Assembly (NCBI RefSeq): GCF_964355755.1
Contig: NC_092680.1
Span: forward strand, 15,385,045 to 15,449,044
Source: Antedon mediterranea
Lineage: Eukaryota; Animalia; Echinodermata
Direction: 5' to 3'
Length of the DNA stretch: 64,000 bases
Shown here: in pieces, positions 54,330 to 64,000 of the stretch
Layout: every line of letters starts with the position of its first letter
Numbering within the stretch: the first letter of the stretch is position 1
Made by a program: the position numbers and the translations under genes
The notes under the pieces: generated by a model
The model's input: the letters and a program-made list of their open reading frames with translations, nothing else
Databases searched by the model: none
Told to the model about the DNA's origin: nothing

Positions 54330-54555
54330 TTAGGATAAAAGTTAAATTAATAACAACTGAGCCTGTATTGCAAATCAGTTTGTTAGTTCGAATGCCTGTA
54401 ATGTTTGGATTTTGATTCATCGGATCTTTAACATCAATACCGATTGTATTCATAATATAACACCAGAGAGGATTCATTAATGTGCAACGGAACAACTGTG
54501 ATAAAAAAAAAGACCTAGGTCCGGTCCTATTTGGTACTCTGGTGGTATTATATAA
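54330..54555 (-). pseudogene. Divergent BRICHOS terminal-exon relic (frameshifted)
   Basis: Reads IIPPEYQIG, then after a poly-T frameshift LFRCTLMNPLWCYIMNTIG, which aligns to IISPEYLTG...DQCCGMTTYW; homologous to 41655-41750. Confidence 0.55.
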
Positions 54556-54969
54556 ATAGACCCAATGTGCTTGGTAATCATCATAACCAACACCATCATC
54601 ATCATCATCATCACAGTCATCATCACAATATTTAATTCAACACTCATAATCATTCCAGATTCCATAATCTTTATTAAATCAATACGAATACCGTGTGTTG
54701 TGATTATTTTGATCTTAATGTAAAGAAATCGACAATTTTAACATAAATTTTCAGAATTTTAATGTATCACTTTATTATTTGCCTCTGGGTAACAATTCAA
54801 TTTTAATTAGGTTGAAAACTGTAACGATAGAACCACAATAATTATGTAGTCCTTGGCCTATTAAAATTAATACAATTCACCACATTATCTATTTTCTTGA
54901 GTAAAATATAACTATCATAAGCCTACATTTTAGTACAGTATATCTTCTTGTACGCCTACATATTTTAAT

Positions 54970-57900
54970 TTACTGGCATGTACATACTTTCCAATTAAAT
55001 GAGCAAACTACAGTCCCGTTGTCTCGCGTATTTTCTGAAAACCGGATTCCAATGTTTCCATTAAGTTCTGTGGTTTTAATTGACCAGTATGTAGTCATAC
55101 CGCAACATTGGTCAACAATTTCTTCACTAGCAAGCCCTGTCAGGTACTCTGGTGATATTATGTCCTGTCGTTCGACATTAAACGATGGAAAGTTACCATT
55201 GTACAACTGTAGGCAAATAAAATATTAAATAATTATAAATATGATTGTAATGAATGAAATAAAAATTAAATACAATTCTTGGTTATTGGTAAAAAAAATA
55301 TCAAAACTTGGAAACAGGTTTTTCGCCACACCGGGTATACCTAATATGCCACTTATAGAAGGAAGTAGTTAAGGTTGACATATTTTAGCAAACCTTACAT
55401 TTAATTATAATGTTCATTATTCGTACTTCCACCTTTGAATATACACACCACAGTCAATTGTGCTAGTGACAAAAGCACGGCCATATTGTTTGGAAAGAAA
55501 ACACCGTCACAATCAAATTGTACAGGTCCTGTTGTAAACAAATACATACCCAGTCATGGTTATACCAATCCAAGTCCTCGTCTGCCCACAAATAACAAGC
55601 GCTGTTATTGGCACTGTAAGCCGCAATGATTTTCTAAATGAATAAAAATACTAAAAATAATCTGAATACTTGCAATAATACGGTGGTAATTTAATGAACC
55701 ATTGTAATTAATTTTTATTTTAGGCCTTTAAAAATAGTTCAAATTGATGTATACTAGATGGCACGCTCGCTTCGCTCGCGTACCATCTAGGTCGTGCCCA
55801 CAGATGGTTCTCGAATACACAGTATTTCCAGCGAGAAAAAAATGGAGATTTCAAATGTATACGTACCGCAGGACTATAATACATTGTCGTTTACAGAAAC
55901 GAATAAATATACACAATGATTTATGTAGTCAACCAAAATTAGCACCCTGGGAATTACTTCCGAGAGAGAAACAAAATGAGTCAAATTTTTTTATTTGGAC
56001 TCATTTAAACAAACCCAATTTGTGTTTTGTATGTAACATTAAGGGTTGAGGGATGGGGGAAGAAGATAGGTACAAAGAGGAAACATTTTAAAATATATTC
56101 TTATCCACTCAGTAACGAAATATTGTTTTTAATGTTTTATAGGCCTATAAATAATATACCACTAAATACAGTAAAACATTTACGATTTAATACGGTACTT
56201 TGTTAAAACTCTCACTGTCATAGTCGATTGAAATAGTAAAGTACATGTAACGATACACCACTACGACGTTTATATATTTTTAAATTATTAATTAATACAA
56301 ACGTTGAGAAGCAACTGTCAGTAATAACGTTTATTTATTTGTATATTATATGTTTATAATCTAACAGTAGGGCCTACCCACACTCACAGTAATAAAGTTT
56401 ATTTGTATATATTTTTATATTACATCTAACAGTACCAACACTCACAGTAAGAAATTTGCGATTAAAATTGGGATCAAAAGTGGTTAATACCTTAACAGTA
56501 TTGTACAGCATTGCAATACTATTTATGTTTATTCTCCAAGGGGGCCCATAAATCTAAATCTATACCTCTATGGTTAAACCAAATAATGTGGAATGTTTAT
56601 TTGTATATTATATGTTTATAATCTAACAGTAGGGCCTACCCACACTCACAGTAATAAAGTTTATTTGTATATATTTTTATATTACATCTAACAGTACCAA
56701 CACTCACAGTAAGAAATTTGCGATTCAAATTGCGATCAAAAGTGGTTAATACCTTAACAGTATTGTACAGCATTGCAATACTATTTATGTTCATTCTCCA
56801 AGGGGGCCCATAAATCTAAATCTATACCTGTATGGTTAAACCAAATAATTTGGAATGTTCCATTCATCACAAATCAATACATTTGTAAAAACGTATATTA
56901 AATGTATCAAAATAGTATTTTTTAAAGAAAATCGGCCTGTCTTCAACATTATGATGGTGTACTCTAGCTGTTCAACCGGTTTTCAGCCATTAAAAACAAT
57001 TATCGTAGGAGGAGATAGGAAAATGCGAAGCCTCCTCGCATTTTTGTGGCGGGTATTTTTCAAGACGGACATCCATTATACAGTGTATACCACGGTTGGA
57101 AAACACCCCTATTTGGGGCAAATCTTGGAACCTAAATTCGTTTTAACCGTCAATAACTTATTATCTAACTTAATTTAATTAGTAAACAGGGTTACATCAG
57201 GTGGTTAAAATCAGTACCGAAAGTACGAACCAACTTTATATACCATCGAGTAAAAATTATAGAAGTAAGGCGCGATTTACCGAATTTTGCCCTTACGTAA
57301 ATTTATATATAGACTAGATGGTACGCTCGCTTCGCTCGCGTACCATCTAGGTCGTGCCCACAGATGGTTCTCGAATACATAATAATTTCAGCGTTAAAAA
57401 ACTGGCGATTTCAAATGTACGTACCGCAGGACAATAATACATGTCGTTTACAGGAACGAATAAATAGACACTGTGATTTATGTACTGAACTAAAATTACC
57501 ACCCTGGGAATTACTTCCGAAAGAGAAACTTGTCACAAAATGAGACCAATTGTTTAAGTCAAATTTAAACAAACTTAATTTGTGTTTTGTATGTAACGTT
57601 AGGGTTGAGGGATGGGAAAGAGGATGGGTGCAAAGAAGAACAATTTTTAAATATATTCTTTATCCATGTAGTAACGAAATATTAATTGTTTACATGTTTT
57701 ACAAATAATATACCACTAAACACAGTAAAACATTGCGATGTAATACTTTGTTGAAACTATCACCGTCCTAGTCGATTGAAATAGTATAGTACATGTAACG
57801 ATACATCACTACGACGTGTATAATATGTTTATATAATGTAAAACAATTTGTGAAAACCACCCCTATTCGTGGCAAATCATAAATTCGATTTAATCGTCAA

Positions 57901-59498
57901 TAAATATTAAATTATCTAACTCAACTTAATTAGTAGGCCTAATGGTTTTCAATTGTTTCTTAGAGCCAATTCATACTTAAGTTGGTTCCTAACCCTACCC
58001 ACCAAAGTTGTTCTGCGTTTAGAGCATGTGATGCACCGTAGGCCTATCCTCTACTGGCTTTACAACGCTACTCATGCCAGTGAGGGAAGGGTGATGATGT
58101 CACGTGGGTGGTTTAACTGCAATAATAAAGATTTGTACATAATATACGGCGACTGAAAACGCTAGCTCATTATCCGTTAAAAAAAAACTATATCCAACCT
58201 CCGCAGGACAGATTGAAAAAAAAATGGATCGAATTTCTGTTATGAGTATACACATGGACCTCCATGGTATACAGTACTTGCCTTTACGACGCCTGAGGGA
58301 ATAGACACTTGTGGAACAGAGATTGGAATGTTCCATTCATTTCAAATCAATACATTTGCATAAACGTATATTAAATCTATCAAAATAGTATTTTTTAAAG
58401 AAAATCGGCCTGTCTTCAACATTATGATACTGTACTCGAGCTGTTCAACCGGTTTTCAGCTATTAAAAACAATTATCGTAGGAGGAGATAGGAAAATGCG
58501 AAGCCTCCTCGAATTTTTGTGGCGGGTATTTTTCAAGATGGACATCCATTAGACAGTGTATACCACGATCGGAAAACACCCCTATTTGGGGCAAATCGTT
58601 GAACCTAAATTCGTTTTAATCGTCAATAACTAATTATCGAACTCAATTTAATTAGTAAACAGGGTTACATCAGGCGGTTAAAATCAGTACCGAAAGTACC
58701 AACCAACTTTATATACCATCGAGTAAACATTCTAGAAATAACGCGCGATTTACCGAATTTTGCCCTTACGTAAATTTATATATAGATTATACTCATATTA
58801 TAGTCTTACGTTGTAAAAATCAAATATAAGTGTTCCTCCGTCAGTCACATTTTCTATTTGTTCAAATATCACAATCTGTACATGGTGGCTGGGGTACGAA
58901 TATACATCCATTGAGTGCCTTATCCCATCATCTACGACTCCGCACCTAAAGACCCTCTAAATAAAATGATAGTTGCTAATTAATTAGCTTGGATAATAAA
59001 ACGAAATAAAATAAAATATTATTTTTGTTGTTGTTTAGTTCTGTTTAGCTTTTAAAAAACCCTACAGTACATATAGAATTTTACTTAATGTACTAAGGTA
59101 AGGTTGTGTGTCTTTTTTTCACGGTCTACAAACAATTTATTTGTGATATAGGCCTACCATTGTTATACCTCTATGTATATACTTACACGTTCTCGGGTAA
59201 GAACGATTGCTGCAACCACACCGCATATTATGATCAACACCAACGGAATACAGATACCAATTATTTTATTCTTTCGAGAAGTTCGTTTGGTCACGATTAG
59301 TTTCTGAAATGACAATCAAATTCTTAGCCTATCGTTTGCAATACCAACCTAAACTTTACCTACTTGCAGGAAACATACAAACTTCAGATTTCGATTTTAA
59401 AACTACGTGGTTAAGTTAATTAGTAAACGTACCTCAATGTTAACTTGAGTTTCGCTTTCATTTTTCTTCTTTTCGTTCACAATCGTTTTCGGAAACAT
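54970..59498 (-). CDS. Type II membrane BRICHOS-domain peptide precursor, copy C (about 216 aa)
   Basis: Exons joined by phase-0 introns: 59498-59433 (MFPKTIVNEKKK..), 59303-59187 (TM IIGICIPLVLIIICGVVAAIVL), 58956-58810 (ends GGTLIFDFYN), 55633-55550 (KIIAAYSANNSACYLW), 55206-54970 (..DQCCGMTTYW..NTRDNGTVVCSFNWKVCTCQ). Confidence 0.86.
55754..58786 (-). mobile_element. Two non-autonomous Helitrons head-to-tail (55754-57313 and 57314-58786) in intron 3 of BRICHOS copy C
   Basis: On the minus strand each unit starts TCTATATATAAAT and ends with a GCGAGCGAAGCGAGC-containing hairpin plus CTAG. The insertion is at A|T with no TSD, and the junction is CTAG|TC. Confidence 0.85.
56330..56860. repeat. 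Tandem duplication of about 265 bp inside the Helitron
   Basis: TTTATTTGTATATTATATGTTTATAATCTAACAGTAGGGCC...GGTTAAACCAAATAAT occurs twice in succession. Confidence 0.9.
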
Positions 59499-61039
59499 AT
59501 TGACAGCAACACTACTACCATATTACAACATTAATACTATTTAGAGTGAGATAACTCCGGATCAATGGAACTAGTGATTCATGGAATTTCAGACAATCAA
59601 CCATTTGAATAAGTTGAACATTTGTTGACTAACTACGAAAATTACCATAACAATCATTTTCTTTGTTGATATTGTTCTTCAAAACTAAAAAAGGAAATGT
59701 TCTAAGACATTAAAACATACTTTTAAAAATAGGGCTGATTTGCATCTGTCTGTCTGTTTTCCAATGAAATATTATATTTTTTTCTTATTTATAATTATTT
59801 ATTTATTATTATCAAAGTAAAAATGCCAGAGGCTATGATGTTTTTTTATTTTAAAAGCGTATTAGAAGATTTATGTGGTTTACAATCAAAACATTAAATA
59901 AGATACACATATAATAGAATGACAGAATATACATAATCTATAGGCTTGATAGGCCTATATTCAAGCATTATACTCAAACATTACCAATATGTAACGGCTT
60001 AAAAAATTAACATATGTTCGAATCTATATCAAATTTGAATCTATATCAAAGTAGCTAGTTTTCTATCTTTTCTTTTCTATCTGCATGATGGCTAAATATA
60101 TATTCTGATAAGTTTACGCACGCCACGTGATCTGGCGGAGAAGGGATAAAGCGATCGGCAGAGAGCAGCTGAGGTTGTGATATGAGGATCTGATGAGGCT
60201 GGCGCGCAGTAGCAGAATTAACGTGGCATGTTTGGGATAACATTTACCTAGGCTTAGCCTGGGCATTTTATGGCCCACTTTGCAGCCGAAATGAACGGCA
60301 TCCAATGTGCACAAGAATTTGTTTTTGCTATGTCGACATTTCGACACAGCAACGAATAAATTACAAAGTAAAAATGCCGACATATTTTTTAATTTAATTT
60401 GATTTTTGTTTAGTTTTGTCGAAATTTCGACACGCTATACTTATATTAATGTGGCATTAGGCTTTCGTATTATTGCATGTAGCCACCTCACATACCATCT
60501 TCATAAAATGAGATATATTTTCAATTTATTTACTAAATTCGATAGATAAGATATTTAAAAATACTATAATGGAAAACATTAATCCTTTAAATGACTTCAT
60601 GACAAGGTCATATATTAGGAAAACCTAATGCTATATCACCAACTTGTATTTCTTAGATAAAAAATACCACATATTTGTATTAAACATAATTAATAATACA
60701 CTAGTGTATAATTAAAATGGTTTAGGATTACATTTCTACATTTATCAGTGTATATTTAATACAGATATTTATAACATTTGCTTTTACCAACTATTGTTTT
60801 CTTATATGATATTCTTTATTTATAAATACTATGATATGATGTATAGTTAAATAATAATTGATTACTCTATTATATACCAGGATTAACATTTTGGCAAATT
60901 TAAGCCTAATTTAAGCCTAATACAGGTTAAATAAGCAATTGAAGTGACGGTATCTATTATATATATTATATATATATATATATTATATTGTATCTATTGT
61001 ATGGTAACAACAGCGACAAAGCTCATGACGTAAATTTCG

Positions 61040-61184
61040 CGATGCTCCTCTGACGTCACAGCAATTTACGGCGGCGACGGCTGTACGGCGAGCGCGTGCG
61101 GCGATATCCTCAATCTCGCGATGGTTCTGAAATCATATGTACACCCCTAATACGGTCAAATATGGTCCTCGGAACAATTGTCCT
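61040..61184 (-). mobile_element. DNA-transposon end, inverted partner of 35463-35610
   Basis: Ends TTGTCCT|TTAA; reverse complement of the 35463 repeat with scattered mismatches. Confidence 0.6.
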
Positions 61185-61319
61185 TTAAAGGTTTTCTTCT
61201 GGGTTGTAGCGTAGTCTCTCTAGACTTTTAAATAGGATGTTGTTAGGATTAAAATTCCACTGGAAAAACCATTGACAGAAATAAAAGCCGAGTCATGACT
61301 ATAAAAATACGCCGTGGCT

Positions 61320-62281
61320 AAAGACGCGGTAAACTTGCATTACGTCATAATCAGCCAATGGGGTGCTGGCACGTGTGCGACGTCATCGTATAAGGACTTT
61401 GGATATATTTGTTTTCATATTGCGTCAGAGAATGCCTATCGGCGGCGCCAGGCTGCATAGATGTGTGCGCTGATTCGGTGACTCAGCCCCGGGGCTAGAC
61501 CTAGCAATGTTGAATCCAGAAGTTTAATAATGGGCGACAACATCTTTGCTGTAGTAATAGAGCAAGTTCATGTGGTTATTATTTGGTGAACGTTACATAC
61601 AGCGTTTAAAACATGCAATATCTCAAATAATTATTATTTCATTATAGGCCTACAACATACAGTAGTAGTATTATAATCCGATATGTTGATAGCCAAATTA
61701 GAAGTAAAGGAATTATATAATCAATGTTGGAAATTGTGTTGCGTCTAGTTCATTCGTCCATTATAGTTACTATATATGAGGGTTTTATTTTTATTCCAAA
61801 TGGCCAATTTAGGCCTTATATTTTTTAAAATTAAACTTTGTTTTCAGATGGTGGTCATAAACAACAAGCAAATGCGGAAAATAAAGGGGCCATCAAATAC
61901 TATGATTTAGACAGTAGCCGGCCCCCAGGGCTGAGTCACAGAAACCAGCGCACACATACAGCTGGCCCCAGCCTGGCACCGCTTTCCCTACACAAACAAA
62001 CTCATATATGAGGCTATAGGTTATAGTACGTAGTAGGCCTCTTTTGAAACAGTTTTCTGTATTTTAGAATTAAAATCAACATTTTTTTGGCTTTTCAATA
62101 ATAACAGACGTAGGCTACATTTAGTTTTTGTCACACACGACGGCGATAATAGCGACAAATGAAGCATAAAGAAAATGTTAAACGGTTAATCACTGTTTTC
62201 GCGATAAAACACGATGAAGTCACACACGTACCACCACCCCATTGGCTGATTATGACGTAATGTATTTTTACCGTATCTTTA
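61320..62281. mobile_element. Non-autonomous DNA transposon with long imperfect TIRs, upstream of TBK1
   Basis: AAAGACGCGGTAAA..CATTACGTCATAATCAGCCAATGGGGTG is mirrored by CACCCCATTGGCTGATTATGACGTAATG..TTTACCGTATCTTT; inner pair GTGACTCAGCCC / GGGCTGAGTCAC. Confidence 0.75.
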
Positions 62282-62523
62282 GAAAACGGAAGGTTTTATT
62301 GGAAATAAATATTCTAGAATTTCCAATGTGTGCATATAAATAGTCCTACGTTGAATTACGTGTGAGTCATTGTTGTGAGGCAGATCACTACAGGTACCGC
62401 TACTACCGGTATCTATAAAGGTAAGTTTATTTTGTGTAAATTGATTTTCTTGTCTTGTATCCACTCTTATTTACGGGGGTGTTCATAACTTTGGGTCAAA
62501 TGTCACATATGTGTAAGTAAGGT

Positions 62524-62795
62524 AATTTAAATAATGAATGAAAGACTACTCACAAATGACGTGTGTTTGTGTGACGTGTGATCAAGATAATTAAAATGTC
62601 TTTTTAAAATATTGTATTTTTTAAAATTATATTTTTTCTGAGAAAAATTCAGGTAGTTAAATTTAAATAATGAATGAAAGACTACTCACAAATGACATGT
62701 GTTTGTGTGACGTGTGATCAAGATAATTAAAATGTCTTTTTAAAATATTGTATTTTTTAAAATTATATTTTTTCTGAGAAAAATTCAGGTAGTTA
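62524..62795. repeat. 136-bp tandem duplication just upstream of the first TBK1 coding exon
   Basis: AATTTAAATAATGAATGAAAGACTACTCAC...CAGGTAGTTA repeated nearly identically at 62524 and 62660. Confidence 0.92.
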
Positions 62796-62842
62796 AACCC
62801 CTATAGTACAAATAATATGTTGTAATTTGTTTATTTGTAAGA

Positions 62843-63830
62843 ATGTTATCGCGTGTAGAATTAAGAGGTACTAACTCATTTATATGGTGTACACAACATG
62901 CGATCGGAAAGGGAGCGACTGCTACTGTCTACATTGGTCGAAATAAAGTAAGTAAGCCAAATTTTTCCACTTGTTTATATAAAGTATACATTTCATGACA
63001 CATAATATTCTAAAACTGTTAGGTAAATTCCCGAATCCCGAGAATAATGAAATGACTAATGGGAATTCCCCTTATTAGTCACGCTAATAGAGGGCGCTAT
63101 ATATAAAAATAACTAAACACTATCTCATACAGGCTAGGTTTAGTGCTTATTTAGTGCGGATAAAAAGTGACAAATTTCATTTTAATTTATTGAATTATTT
63201 GCATATAATAGACATAGTTAATCGTGGTACTTTAAGGCTGTACACAATACAAAACAGTGCAAAATCACGACAAAAAAGGTCGCATCATTCTCTTATATTC
63301 AGTACAATATTTAAATAGTATGCAACATGTGATTGATTGGGTCTTGCAAAATTGAATTTGTTTTTTTAGTATCTTATAAAATATAAATCAAATGTTCTCA
63401 ATTCCAACAAGACGTGGAACATAATTAAAAATAGAATACGTTTTTTCCAACTTATCTTTACCCGGCCCGGAAAATCATATAATACTTACGGTACTGAAAG
63501 TGAGAATACTTTCAAACAAAATACTGTATCACTATTATTATTGTTTTTGTTTTCTATAGAAAACTGGCGAGAAAGTAGCAATGAAAGTATTCAACAACTT
63601 ACCACATGTTCGAACACGTGATACACAGATGAGGGAATTAGAAGTCGTTAGAAAACTGAAACATAAAAACATCGTAGACGTGATTGCCATTGAAGAAGAT
63701 CACGTGTCTAAACAACCAGTCATGGTGATGGAACTGTGTCTCGGCGGCTCGTTATTACAGTATCTTGACAAACCGGCAAACAATTACGGCCTGACAGAGG
63801 ACGAGTTTATACGAGCTTTAAAAGATATAA
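62843..63830 (+). CDS. TBK1: TBK1/IKK-epsilon serine/threonine kinase, 5' partial (continues beyond the window)
   Basis: Exon 62843-62947 MLSRVELRGTNSFIWCTQHAIGKGATATVYIGRNK; exon 63560-63830 KTGEKVAMKVFN..RELEVVRKLKHKNIV..IEE..VMELCLGGSL..LDKPANNYGLTEDEF. These motifs are characteristic of the TBK1/IKKe subfamily. Confidence 0.9.
63061..63070. promoter_or_regulatory. Perfect NF-kappaB consensus site GGGAATTCCC in the first intron of the TBK1 coding region
   Basis: Exact palindromic kB site in AT-rich DNA; function untested. Confidence 0.5.
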
Positions 63831-64000
63831 GTAAGTATGAATAGGCCTAATCATTAAAGATGTATTGTTCCCAAAATCAACAAATTAATTAAAAAAAGAC
63901 TTTGAATAGGCAATTTCGCAGTTTTATTAAAGTTACTCACTTTCGTAGAAAAAAATATATAAATAAATGTTTTCACTTGTAAAAAGAAAAAAAAACGGTT

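Noticed and set aside
55744-58336. Short ORFs within the Helitron dimer
   Set aside because: No Rep or helicase motifs, and the frames are not conserved between the two units.

Overview
AT-rich, intron-containing animal genomic DNA. It is most likely from a marine invertebrate deuterostome such as an echinoderm (inference from gene content, GT-AG introns and repeat types). By reading splice sites and checking reading phase I reconstructed several genes. These are a complete C-I-type TRIM E3 ligase (RING-Bbox-CC-COS-FN3-SPRY), a Tie-like Ig-Ig-EGF ectodomain gene with no visible TM or kinase exons, a Caspr-type fibrinogen-like + PAN gene, and the 5' end of a TBK1/IKKepsilon kinase. There is also an NHL beta-propeller ORF with no N-terminal domains and a small intronless RING ORF. 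Two items stand out. (1) A family of three intact five-exon type II membrane BRICHOS precursor genes, plus several relics, each ending in a short Cys-bridged peptide; the ORF track shows only their last exons. (2) A pair of intronless paralogues with an HNH/His-Me-finger-like zinc motif that looks prokaryotic. Together the window reads like an innate-immune gene cluster under birth-and-death evolution. It also carries many mobile elements: LINE fragments, tRNA-SINEs, MITEs, a solo LTR, Helentron-like elements and a head-to-tail Helitron dimer. All family assignments come from motif recognition only; no database searches were run.
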